From Eledone cirrhosa (lineage: Eukaryota): a stretch of 64,000 nt of DNA. The DNA lies in the NCBI GenBank assembly GCA_964016885.1, contig OZ024743.1:201376001-201440000 (forward strand), given 5' to 3'. This document shows positions 40,501 through 53,289 of this stretch, in pieces (the stretch's first letter is position 1; every line of letters starts with the position of its first letter). The translations under genes and the position numbers were made by a program. The notes beneath the pieces were generated by a model. The model had not been told where the DNA came from. It saw only the letters and a list, made by a program, of their open reading frames with translations, and searched no databases.

Positions 40501-43410
40501 GTTGGTGATGATGATGATGATGGTAATGATGAGGAGAACATGGTGATGATGATGATGATGGTAATGATGAGGAGAGCATGGTGTTGGTGATGATGATGAT
40601 GATGATGATGGTAATGATGAGGAGAGCATGGTGTTGGTGATGATGATGATGATGATGGTAATGATGTGGGGAGCATGGTGTTGGTGATGATGATGATGAT
40701 GGTAATGATGAGGAGAGCATGGTGTTGGTGATGATGATGATGATGGTAATGATGAGGAGAGCATGGTGTTGGTGATGATGATGATGATGGTAATGATGAG
40801 GAGAGCATGGTGTTGGTGATGATGATGCTGGTAGTAATGATGAGGAGAGCATGGTGTTGGTGATGATGATGATGGTAATGATGAGGAGAGCATGGTGTTG
40901 GTGATGATGATGATGATGATGGTAATGATGAGGAGAGCATGGTGTTGGTGATGATGATGATGATGGTAATGATGAGGAGAGCATGGTGTTGGTGATGATG
41001 ATGATGATGATGGTAATGATGAGGAGAGCATGGTGTTGGTGATGATGATGATGATGATGGTAATGATGAGGAGAGCATGGTGTTGGTGATGATGATGGTG
41101 ATGGTAATGATGAGGAGAGCATGGTGTTGGTGATGATGATGATGATGGTAATGATGAGGAGAGCATGGTGTTGGTGATGATGATGATGATGATGATGGTA
41201 ATGATGAGGAGAGCATGGTGTTGGTGATGATGATGATGATGATGGTAATGATGAGGAGAGCATGGTGTTGGTGATGATGATGATGGTAATGATGAGGAGA
41301 GCATGGTGTTGGTGATGATGATGATGATGGTAATGATGAGGAGAGCATGGTGTTGGTGATGATGATGGTGATGGTAATGATGAGGAGAGCATGGTGTTGG
41401 TGATGATGATGGTGATGGTAATGATGAGGAGAGCATGGTGTTGGTGATGATGATGATGATGATGGTAATGATGAGGAGAGCATAGTGTTGGTGATGATGA
41501 TGATGATGGTAATGATGAGGAGAGCATGGTGTTGGTGATGATGATGATGATGGTAATGATGAGGAGAGCATGGTGTTGGTGATGATGATGATGGTAGTAA
41601 TGATGAGGAGAGCATGGTGTTGGTGATGATGATGATGGTAATGATGAGGAGAGCATGGTGTTGGTGATGATGATGATGATGATGGTAATGATGAGGAGAG
41701 CATAGTGTTGGTGATGATGATGATGATGGTAATGATGAGGAGAGCATGGTGTTGGTGATGATGATGATGATGGTAATGATGAGGAGAGCATGGTGTTGGT
41801 GATGATGATGATGGTAGTAATGATGAGGAGAGCATGGTGTTGGTGATGATGATGATGGTAATGATGAGGAGAGCATGGTGTTGGTGATGATGATGATGAT
41901 GATGGTAATGATGAGGAGAGCATGGTGTTGGTGATGATGATGATGATGGTAATGATGAGGAGAGCATGGTGTTGGTGATGATGATGATGGTAATGATGAG
42001 GGGAGCATGGTGTTGGTGATGATGATGATGATGGTAATGATGAGGAGAGCGTGGTGTTGGTGATGATGATGATGATGGTAATGATGAGGAGAGCATGGTG
42101 TTGGTGATGATGATGATGATGATGGTAATGATGAGGAGAGCATGGTGTTGGTGATGATGATGATGATGGTAATGATGAGGAGAGCATGGTGTTGGTGATG
42201 ATGATGGTGATGGTAATGATGAGGAGAACATGGTGATGATGATGATGATGATGATAATGATGAGGAGAGCATGGTGTTGGTGATGATGATGATGATGGTA
42301 ATGATGAGGAGAGCATGGTGTTGGTGATGATGATGATGATGATGGTAATGATGAGGAGAGCATGGTGTTGGTGATGATGATGATGATGATGGTAATGATG
42401 AGGAGAGCATGGTGTTGGTGATGATGATGATGATGGTAATGATGAGGAGAGCATGGTGTTGGTGATGATGATGATGATGGTAATGATGAGGAGAGCATGG
42501 TGTTGGTGATGATGATGATGATGGTAATGATGAGGAGAGCATGGTGTTGGTGATGATGATGATGATGATGGTAATGATGAGGAGAGCATGGTGTTGGTGA
42601 TGATGATGATGATGATAATGATGAGGAGAGCATGGTGTTGGTGATGATGATGGTGATGGTAATGATGAGGAGAGCATGGTGTTGGTGATGATGATGGTGA
42701 TGGTAATGATGAGGAGAGCATGGTGTTGGTGATGATGATGATGATGATGGTAATGATGAGGAGAGCATGGTGTTGGTGATGATGATGGTGATGGTAATGA
42801 TGAGGAGAGCATGGTGTTGGTGATGATGATGGTGATGATAATGATGAGGAGAGCATGGTGTTGGTGATGATGATGGTGATGGTAATGATGAGGAGAGCAT
42901 GGTGTTGGTGATGATGATGGTGATGGTAATGATGAGGAGAGCATGGTGTTGGTGATGATGATGGTGATGATAATGATGAGGAGAGCATGGTGTTGGTGAT
43001 GATGATGATGATGGTAATGATGAGGAGAGCATGGTCTTGGTGATGATGATGATGATGATGGTAATGATGAGGAGAGCATGGTGCTGGTGATGATGATGGT
43101 GATGGTAATGATAATGATGAGGAGAGCATGGTGTTGGTGATGATGATGATGGTGGTAATGATGAGGAGAGCATGATGTTGGTGATGATGATGATGATGGT
43201 AATGATGAGGAGAGCATGGTGTTGGTGATGATGATGATGATGGTAATGATGAGGAGAGCATGGTGTTGGTGATGATGATGATGGTAATGATGAGGAGAGC
43301 ATGGTGTTGGTGATGATGATGATGATGGTAATGATGAGGAGAGCATGGTGTTGGTGATGATGATGATGGTGGTAATGATGAGGAGAGCATGATGTTGGTG
43401 ATGATGATGG
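34520..43410. repeat. Minisatellite of ~200 units, consensus GAGAGCATGGTGTTGGT(GAT)5GGTAATGATGAG (44 bp, variable GAT number)
   Basis: Read directly; very homogeneous, with units mostly 41, 44, 47 or 50 bp. Confidence 0.97.
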
Positions 43411-44800
43411 TGATGAAGAAGAACATAATGGTGAAGGTGATGATGGTGATGGTGATGAGGAGTGCATGATGGTGATGAAGGTAATGAAGGAAAACAAGTT
43501 GGTGGTGATGATGATAGCAGTGATGAAGATGATGATAATGATGATGATGATGTTGAGGAGGAGGAGAAGATAATGAGGATTAGGATGGTGATGAAGTTAT
43601 TGAAGGACGAGGAGAGAATCATGAGAATTATTTATGCTGATATTGGTGATGATGATGGAGGTGATTATGATGAATATGATGAGGAGGAGAAGGAGGAGGA
43701 AAGGATGAGGAGGGGGAAAAATGATGATGAGGAGGAGGAGGATAAGAAGGAGGAGGAGGAGTAGGAGGAGGGGGAAGTGGGGGAGGAGGGGGGAGGAGCA
43801 GGGCAGCATGATGAGGATTAGGATGATGACAGTGATGATGATGAGGATAAAGTGGATAAGGAAGAGAAGGAGAAGGAGGAGGAGGAGGAGGAGGAGGAGG
43901 AAAATATGATGCAGATTAGGTTGATGAAGAGAATGATGATGACGAGAAGATGGAGGAAGGGGAAGGTAAGATGAGATGAGAATTATGTTGATGATGATGA
44001 TGATGAGGAGAAGGTAGAGGAAGGGGAAGACATAATGAGGATTATGTTGATAATGATGATGAGGAGGAGAAGGTAGAGGAAGGGGAAGACATGATGATGA
44101 TTATGTTGATGATGATGATATAGTTGATAGTGAAGGAGCATGACAACAATGAAGTGTTGAGTTTGTTGTCAAGTAGGAGGACAATAAAAGTAAACCATAG
44201 AAATACCACTGAAAGGTTTCTAAAAGAAATGGAGTGCTAAATAGAGCCCCGTAAAGTCCTCTTATTTACACAGACACACTATATAATACACTATATAACA
44301 CACTAACACACAGACACACTATATAACACACTAACACACAGACACAACACATACACGCATTTACACACACAGTATATAAAACACTAACACAGGCACACTA
44401 CATACACACAGTCACACATGCACACTTTATACACACACTAACACACAGACACACTACATACACACATTTACACATTCACGCACACTATATACACACACTA
44501 ACATACACACTACATACACATTCACACACACATATGCACTACATACACACATACTCACAGACACACTACATACACACATTCACACACACTATATAGACAC
44601 ATTCACACACACACACACAGATACCCACACATACAACAGTATGTGTACACTCATTCACACACACTACATACACATATTTACACCCAGACTACACACACTA
44701 CATACAGTCACTACACACACACACTATACACACTACATACACACACACACACACACGTACAATGCACACAGACACACAAACACATATTCACACACATATT
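43410..44800. repeat. Degenerate (GAT)/(GAG)-rich, then (CA)-rich low-complexity tracts
   Basis: Read directly. Confidence 0.85.
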
Positions 44801-45224
44801 TTTGTAGCATATATTAACTCTTTTTGCAGCAATCTTTCTAATAAAATACACTTTATTCAAATTAATTAATAAAGAATTTTGATTGATTTAAAAAAATAAT
44901 TAATTAATAAATTACTGAGGTAGAAATTAAACAAATTGTTCTTATATAAAATTATGTTGGTAGATTTTAATTTAAATCTGAACCCTCTAAAATGGGTGGT
45001 TTTGTTTCACATCACCAGTGGCAGTTTTGGTTGGGATAGTATACAAAGTGTTAAATATGAACCTTTTAAAACAGGAGATTTTGTTTCACATCACCAGTGG
45101 TGGATTTGGCTGGGATGGTATCCAAAGTGTAAAATATGAACCCTTTATTACCAAATACACTATATATACATTCATATATACATCACTATTTCAGAGCACC
45201 AATTCGAATTTATATATATATATA

Positions 45225-47058
45225 TCATCATCATCATCATCATCACCGTTTTACGTCCGTTCTTCCACGCTAGCATGGGTTAGACGGGTTGTCCTGTTGT
45301 GGGCAGTGTCTGGTCGGCTGACCATGCCTTGCTCATACAGGAACTGATCTGGCTTGATTTCTACAGCTGGATGCCCTTCCTAACACCAACCTCATTTACA
45401 GTGAGTGCTGGGTGCTTTTTCGTGGCGCCTACACGTCCACTTTACAGTGTGGGCTGGGTGCTTTTTTGCCGTGGCACCTCCACGACCACCTTGCGGTGGG
45501 GGGGGGGGGGGCATATTGTTTATATGCTTCAGCATGTACCCATGGGAGGTCGGGTACCCTGTATTACTGCGTGACGCCAGAAGTCACGGTCGTGTGTCAT
45601 TGACTTTGAGAGGTGTAGTTGGGTAAGGTCGGCTTTTATCACCTCATCCCAAGTCATCTTGGGTCTCCCCACTCCGCGGTTTCCATCAACTTCTAGTGCT
45701 CTGCACCTTTTTATGCAGCTGTCATCCTTCATACGCAACACATGTCCATACCAGCGTAACCGCCTCTCCTGCACGCAGCATTTGATTCCTCTTATGCTCA
45801 GTCTCTCTCTCAATTCATTTATGCTTTGTCGTTCACGTATATTACTGTTACACATCCATCGGAGCATGCAGGCTTCGTTTCTCTTTAATCTACGTAAGTC
45901 TTCCACCTTCAGCGCCCAGGTCTCACTACCATGCAACATCGCTGTTCGGATACACGCATCATACAGTCTGCCTTTCATTCTGAGGGAGAAGCCTTTTGCA
46001 GCTAGCAGTGGTAGTAGTTCCCTAAACTTCTTCCATCCCGTTCTTACCCTAGTTATTGTACTTTCTGAGCACCCACCTCCGTTGCTAATTCGGTCACCTA
46101 GGTAGCAGAAGCTGTCTACTGTTTCTACAGGGCCCTCCCAGAGATTGGTGGTACTTGTTTCCTGTGGCTGTTTGCTTGCTGTTTCAGCACAGCTGCTGCA
46201 TGTGAATCCTACATTCTTAATTAAGCTTCCTGAGATCCCGCTACATCTCTTGTGTACCCATTGTTTGCATTTGGGGCAAAGAATGGAGTTCCTACCTACA
46301 CCTTTCCTACATACTGAGCAAGGCCATTTCCCTGAGGGGATCTGGGTTCTGTTTTCTCGTCTACTTATAAGGACCTTAGTCTTTGTCATGTTGACTTTGA
46401 GGCCCTTTCTCTCTAGTCCCTGCTTCCAGGTTTGGAATTTATTCTCTAGTTCTACCATAGATTCAGCTATGAGTGCGAGGTCATCAGCATACAGGAGTTC
46501 CCATGGGCATCCGGTCTTAAACTCCTCCGTTATTGCCTGCAGGACTATGATGAACAGGAGAGGGCTAAGAACAGAGCCCTGGTGGACCCCAACCTGTACG
46601 CTAAATTCCTCGCTATACTCATTGCCAATCCTAACTTTGCTGACTGCTCCCCTATACATGGCTTGTACCGCTTTCACAAGCCATTCATCTACTCCTAGTT
46701 TTCTAAGAGCCCACCAGATTACTGCACGTGGAACTCTGTCAAAGGCTTTCTCAAGGTCGACAAATGCCAAGTAGAGTGGCTTACTTTTAGCTAGGTACTT
46801 TTCCTGTAATTGCCTCACAAGGAAGAGCGCATCAGTGGTGCCTTTCCCTGGTACAAACCCAAATTGCATCTCGTCTATATTCACCCGGTCCCTAATCAGC
46901 TGTGCTATAACTCTTTCTGTTACTTTCATGACCTGGTCCATCAACTTTATACCTCTATAGTTTCCTCTATCTAGTGCATCGCCTTTACCTTTGTAGCAGT
47001 TGACAATGATGCTACTGCACCAATCTTTTGGTATGGCCCCCTCTAGTATTACCTGGTT
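45225..47058 (-). mobile_element. RTE-clade LINE, 5'-truncated, open RT frame, (ATG)n tail
   Basis: ORF 45529-46944 (FVDLEKAFD, GVHQGSVLSP, YADD, PHD-like Cys cluster) is similar to 9014-10678; tail (CAT)n at ~45225-45245. Confidence 0.92.
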
Positions 47059-47280
47059 AAAATATATATATATATTATATAAATATTATATAATATTATA
47101 AAATATATATATATATTATATAAATATTATATAAATATATATATATATTATATAAATATTATATAAATATATATATATATTATATAAATATTAATTTTCT
47201 GATGAATTAACATTATAACTTGTAAATATATGCACAGAAGTATATGAGTATGCTTATGTGTGTGTATATATGTATATATA

Positions 47281-48612
47281 CAGGGTGTCCCAAAAAATTT
47301 GACATCATTTTGCAGGCCAATAATTTTGGCAATTCTTGTTGAAATAACCTCAAATTTTCACAGAATGTATAAAAATAGGTCAAGATTTTATATTTAATGT
47401 TTGATATTTTTCTCTTTTCAGGTTGAGAAATTCCCTTCACTTCCAAAGAAAAGTCATGTTGCGTCTTGGAATACGCCTTCAATGCAAAATTTGGAAAAAA
47501 GTTACCAACTGACAAACAAATTTGGACTTGGTACCAAAAATTTAGAGAGAAAGCTGCTTATGCAGGGCTAAAGGATCTGGAAGACCATCATTAACATCAG
47601 AAGAGAAAGTCGAGCAAGTTCGTGAAAAACTCTTGTGAAGCCCCAAGAAGTCCGTAAGGAGAACAAGTTTGGAAACCCAGATTCCTCGAAAGACGGTTTG
47701 GCATATCCTGAGGAAACGATTGGAAATGAAACCCTACCGTCTGCAGCTCATTCAGGCTTTAAAAGCAGATGACAAGCGAAAACGTCAAGAATTCTGTGTT
47801 GACCTGCTACAGAAACTTGAAGAAGACGAGTTTGACAAACGTCTACTTTTCAGTGATGAAGCCACATTTCATACGAATGGAAAAGTCAATAGGCACAATG
47901 TTCACATCTGGGGCGTAGAAAATCCCCATGCCACAATTGAACATGAGAGGGACTCGCCAAAAGTGAACACTCGCCAAAAGTGAACACTCACCACAATTGA
48001 ACATGAGAGGGACTCAACCAAATTCACGGCCCATTTTTTTTTAACGAAAATGTGACTGGAGAGGGTTATCTGCCAATGCTTCGGAACTGGCTAATTGATG
48101 AGCTCATTGAAATTGAACATGAGAACTTCATTTTTCAACAGGATGGTGCTCCACCCCACTGGAAGAAGACAGTACGTGCTTATCTCAATGAGAATCTGCC
48201 AGAGAGATGGATCGGGCGTGGTGGAGATGAAGACAGTTTGCTGATGAAATGGCCGCCGCAATAACCAGACCTGTCCCCGTGTGATTTCTTTTTATGGGGA
48301 TATGTGAAGGGACTGGTCTATGTCCCCTCTCTTCCTGCTAACATTGATGAACTCAAGCAGAGAATCACTTCCGCACTGGATAATGTTACTGGAGACATGC
48401 TACAGCATGTTTGGCAAGAGCTTGACTACTGACTTGACGTGTGCCATGTCACAGGCGGTGCACATATTGAATACTTGTGAAATCGGTCGCAGAATTTGAG
48501 TGAATAAAATTATGACGTTCAACACCTAAACTGTTCAATTACATTGAGCTAGACTTAGTAGTTTTCGAGATATTTGCTTTTAAAATGATGTCAAATTTTT
48601 TGGGACACCCTG
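47281..48612 (+). mobile_element. Tc1/mariner DNA transposon (DD41D/rosa-like), defective
   Basis: TIRs CAGGGTGTCCCAAAAAATTTGACATCATTTT at both ends, flanked by TA; transposase fragments FSDEATF, FQQDGAPPH, RWIGRGG, WPP.*PDLSPCDFFLWG. Confidence 0.93.
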
Positions 48613-48640
48613 TATATATATAGTATATATATATATATAC

Positions 48641-48694
<54 letters not shown>

Positions 48695-48912
48695 AATTTA
48701 CAAGAATAAAAGTTATGTTTAAAACATAACTTTGATTCTTGTGAATTCAATATTACTGCTCTGTAAAACAACTGTTGTTCTTACATTGAGCTATTTCTCT
48801 TACTGGTAATAAGGTAGTAATAAATTACTGACCTTCCCTGTTTATAGTTGTTTATAGTATAATATATACATAATTATAAATAGTATCTTTAATATTATAT
48901 ACATATATATAT

Positions 48913-49257
48913 GGAGGCACATAGCTTAGTGGTTAGAGCATTGGCTTTGCAATCGAAAGGTTGTGAGTTCAATTCTCAGACTGGGTGATGTGCTGTTTCC
49001 TTGAGCAAGACACTTTATTCCACATTGCTCCAGTTTACTCAGCTGTAGAAATGAGATGATAGGGACTGGGGTCCATATCATTCCACTGCAAAGTGGTCGT
49101 GCAGATGCCACGGCATAAAAGCACCCAGCACTCGCTGTAAATGAGGTTGGTGTTAGGAAGGGCATCCAGCTGTAGAAATTAAGCCAGAATCAGTTCCCGT
49201 CCCACCCTTGCAAGCAGGGAAAAAGCGGACGTAAAATGAAATGATGATGATGATGAT
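48913..49257 (+). mobile_element. Full-length tRNA-head SINE with RTE-derived 3' tail
   Basis: GGAGGCACATAGCTTAGTGGTTAGAGC..GAGTTCAATTC head; 3' part TTAGGAAGGGCATCCAGC..GGACGTAAAATG(ATG)n matches the RTE 3' ends. Confidence 0.8.
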
Positions 49258-49316
49258 ATATATATATATAGTAATAATAAATTTGAAGACTAAAATCCAA
49301 AGAGGGCTCGATAAGG

Positions 49317-49354
<38 letters not shown>

Positions 49355-49530
49355 TTCAAGAGTAACCAATCTTAAAGAGAGAGATGGAGATAGGAGAGGA
49401 GATAGGAGAGGAGAGATTGGTGAATTAGTTAGAAGCCAAAGCGTAAAGGCATGTGCTCAATGTGCAATATGCAGTAGAAAGCAGCTAGGTGGCTGGGTAC
49501 ATGCAGAAGTTAGGCACGCAGAGCTGGAAA

Positions 49531-50299
49531 TATTCATTAGTTAAGCAAAACAAGACCACAAATTTCACAAGGAAGACATTATTAAAAGATTGTCAACATA
49601 TTTTAGTTTGATGTAAGGAATGTAGAGAATAATAATAATATTAATAATAATAATAATGTCCGTTTACAATTGTTTCGCTACTCCATATAATATTTCTGGA
49701 TCAAATGACTATATATCATTATTGATCTGGTTCAGTTGAAAATAATTAACATATTTAAAAACAGAGCAGCTCATCGGAACTTCAAAGGAATATAAATTAA
49801 GATAAGGAGAGAATGTTACATAATGTAATGTTCCATATATTGGTATTTCACTATGGTGTCCTGGGTGTATCAATTGTCAGCCATAATCAAGCAGTATTCA
49901 TCTGTCGAGGCTGCATTGTGTGAGATGTGCCTATGGGTAACATTACATTATGTTACATTATGTAACATTCAGATCTGCCTATGGAACATTACATTATGTA
50001 ACATTATGTACCATTCTCTCCTTATCTTAATGTATATTCCTTTGAAGTCCCGATGAGCCACTCTGTTTTTAAATATGTTAATTATTTTCAACTGAACCAG
50101 ATCAATAAGGATATATAGTCATTTGATCCAGAAATATTATATGGAGTAGCGAAACAATTGTAAACTGACATTATTATTATTATTAATATTATTATTATTA
50201 TTCTCTACATTCCGTACATCAAACTAAAATATGTTGACAATCTTTTAATAATGTCTTCCTTGTGAAATTTGTGGTCTTGTTTTGCTTAACTAATGAATA
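49531..50299. repeat. Long inverted repeat (~310-bp arms, ~140-nt spacer) with a hammerhead motif in each arm
   Basis: TATTCATTAGTTAAGC.. / ..GCTTAACTAATGAATA with few mismatches. Confidence 0.93.
50045..50168 (+). ncRNA. Hammerhead-like motif with CCGAUGA core and long stem II (mirror copy on - at ~49660-49782)
   Basis: CCGATGA 50050-50056; stem II GC(C/T)(A/G)CTC..GAGTAGC; GAAA C AATT G TA 50151-50162. Confidence 0.65.
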
Positions 50300-50300
50300 A

Positions 50301-50341
<41 letters not shown>

Positions 50342-50535
50342 GTGTGATCTACCCTTGGGGGTAGGTCCGTACTGTAGATAGAACTCAATGTAATCTGATG
50401 GCGAGTAATCCAGTGAAAACCATATAGAAGTTCTGTGTTCCACTGAGTTAATTCCTTGGATACAGAGTCAGATATTAGGTATTAAATTAAAAATGAAAAT
50501 AAAAACAACAAAGTCGAGTTATTTTACCTATTCAT

Positions 50536-50677
50536 ATCATTGTTTTATGATGGTTTCGGAGGGTTGATCATATTGACATATTGTCTGATCTATAGCAGTT
50601 ATATAACTGTATACTATCAGACCTCATATACAGGTTTGATCAGACCGTCTTCTTCAGAAACGATCGTAAAACAATGA

Positions 50678-50679
<2 letters not shown>
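50536..50679 (-). ncRNA. Hammerhead motif with a short inverted copy of its 3' part
   Basis: Minus strand: GTTT CTGAAGA (50657-50651), long hairpin stem II, GAAA CCATCA TA AAAC. Plus strand 50657-50679 reads GAAA C GATC G TA AAACAATGATA. Confidence 0.7.
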
Positions 50680-50727
<48 letters not shown>

Positions 50728-50994
50728 TCTTCATATTTGATGATTGCCAGCTAAAAGAAGAGATTAGTGTGGTAATTAATGGTTAATTGTTGTCATTATA
50801 TTGTTATAAAGAGTCACCATGTTTTTTCTCTTTCTCCTCCTCCCTGCATTCTCTCTCTATCTATCTGTCTATCACCCTTTGTCTATCATGCACTCTCTCT
50901 TTCTCTCTCTACATGGGATAACGCTGACATTTTTTACTTTCAAATCAAACAACAATGTACCCGCACCACAACTACTGCCACCATTACCATAATG

Positions 50995-51520
50995 GTTTCT
51001 GATTTAGGCACAATTTTGGGTGAGGAGATTGAGTTGATTAAATTGACCCCAGTGCATTACTGGTATTTTATTTTATCAACCTCATAAGGATGAAAGGCAA
51101 ATCTAACCTCAGCAGGATTTGAACTCAGAGTGTAAAGTGAAGTAATTATATGCCACAAAGCATGGTGTCGATGCTCTACCGATACAGCCAATCCACTGGG
51201 CTCAGTAATGATAATAATAATAATGGTTTCTTATATAGGCGCAAGGTAAGTAATTTTGGGGGAGGAGAATGTCAATTAAATCGACCCCAGTGCGTGACTG
51301 GTACTTTATTTTATCGACCCCGTAGAATACATTGACCCCAGTACTTGACAAGTACTTTATTTTATCGACCCTGTAGAATATATTGACCCCAGTACTTGAC
51401 AAGTACTTTATTTTTTTGATCCAGGAATGTTGACTTTAACAGGATTTAAACTCAGAATGTAAAGGTTTGCAACAAACACAGCAAAACATTTTGTCCAACA
51501 CTCTAACCATTCTGTTAATT
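50995..51520 (-). mobile_element. MetaSINE-like SINE copies with internal tandem duplication
   Basis: Core ACTTTATTTTATCGACCCC..GGATTTGAACTC; TTGACCCCAGTACTTGACAAGTACTTTATTTT repeated. Confidence 0.7.
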
Positions 51521-52975
51521 CCTTGTTTATTGGACTAGAGAGGTCATACACCAAACAAGATGTAATACAATACTTTCACTCACTTCCTCCGTCTCCCTCA
51601 ATTTCTCCATCTATCACTATTATAAGCAGATGGGGGAACATGCACTAGCCACTCTGTGGCCCCAGCAGACAGAACAGAGAAGGCATTTCCCCAGGGGATG
51701 GTGAGGGAGACACGTTGGAAGAGTTTCTAATATACTTACTCAGACTGAAGAGTCCTCTCAGACACTATATTGTCTTAGTTCGATCACCAAACATCATGGT
51801 CTGCAGTTTCATCACGTTTATTTTTAGTGTCACCATGGTTCTGCTTGTGCTGGTGGACAGATCTTTAGTATTTTGTTAAGCTTGAACATATATGAATCAA
51901 TGGGTTAATGTTTACATGAAAAGAATGATAGGGGTGTGTTCGAGAAGGCTGTTATCCTGGACAGAGCGGATCGGTCAAAGTTATTTGTGTGGAATCTAAG
52001 AGATACAGTTATTTTGACAGATGAAAGGACAGGTGTGTTAATTGGTCCTCAGTAGAGAGGATAAGCTGTTAGGGGTAGAAACAGATGGCAAGAGAGAACA
52101 AGAGAGTGGAGAGAGGGAAATAGGGGTGGGGAACGAGAGAGTGGGGAGATGGATAGAGGGTGAGGAGAAAGTTAGATAGAGGAAGGGGAGAATGTTACAT
52201 ATTTATGAGATAGCAGTTGTAACATGTTGGTGACAAAATCATTGCCAATTAGTTAACCAACTGGTTTTGTTTTAGATGTATTTAATATTCTTTCCATTCT
52301 CCTTTATGGAGCAGAAACCTGACCCCCTCACAAAGACCCTAGCAAAGAGGATCGACAGCTTCGATAGCAGAGACCTGAGGACCATCAAAAACATCAGATG
52401 AGGCGACTACATTTCCAACAAAGTGTGTTTCCAACCTCATAGCTATCTGCTGCATGCGCTTGTATAGACATGTCCTCAGCGTTCCATCAGATCATCCTAT
52501 TAGGGCCTTACTCTCGTTTGACGGAGTCACTGTAAGCTGGAAGAGGCCCCGTGGCAGGCCCCACACCAGATGGCTGGATGTCATCAGGGAAGAGCTCCGG
52601 AGGCTTGACATCACCTTGGAGGATGCAGAGTAGCTGGTAGGGGACCGTCAGCAATGGAGAGCACTGGTAGACCTGGTTAGCTCTACGCATGATGATTCTG
52701 TCGATAACTGGACTAGGATGACCCTGGCCTCATTGAGCAAGAGCAAGAAGAAGAAGAAGAAGCATATACATCAGTGGCACTTTTCTATTGATATGAGCAA
52801 CATTCTAAAGTGAGTATTTCTTGAGTTTTGGAGAAATATGATATTAGTTAGCCTTCTATGTAAGTATGGAACTGTAATTGATAGTGGAGTCATAGAGGCT
52901 TTATAATGACAGTGTCTCTTATCTTAGGTATTTCAAAAGCAGGGATCATCCCCTCTTAATTTCTTTGAGTGAATT

Positions 52976-53010
<35 letters not shown>

Positions 53011-53227
53011 ATTGATCCCAGTACTAGACTAGTACTTTTTTATTGCCTTTAAAAAATGAAAGACAAAGTTAACCTTGGCAGGATTTAAACTCGGAGTACT
53101 GGAACAAATACTGCAAAGTATTCTACCCAACATTCTAATGACTCTGCCAATTCACTGCCTCATTAATTAGCCTTAGGGCAACATATTTCTTGATATTAAT
53201 TAGCCTAGATTAACAACATGCAACATT

Positions 53228-53289
53228 ATACAATATTTTCACAGGAGATTTTTTATTATAATCAAAAATCTCCTGTGAAAATATTGTAT
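53228..53289. repeat. Short perfect hairpin, ~25-bp arms
   Basis: ATACAATATTTTCACAGGAGATTTT / AAAATCTCCTGTGAAAATATTGTAT. Confidence 0.9.

Noticed and set aside
34520-43410. CRISPR-like array
   Set aside because: No unique spacers; it is a pure tandem repeat in eukaryotic DNA
34455-43622. Giant His/Ser/Ile-rich ORFs as real protein-coding genes
   Set aside because: All three frames are open simply because the (CAT)-rich strand lacks stops; no unique domain or splice context
48913-48985. tRNA gene
   Set aside because: The tRNA-like head runs into a SINE core with no acceptor stem
51738-51808. Possible hammerhead CTGAAGA..CAAAC
   Set aside because: GAAA is mutated, the stems are weak and there are no (TA)n flanks; at best a decayed relic
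52290-52745. Possible host exon
   Set aside because: Looks like a decayed RTE-type 3' remnant with stops and a simple-repeat tail; similar remnants at ~26215-26465 and ~54230-54430
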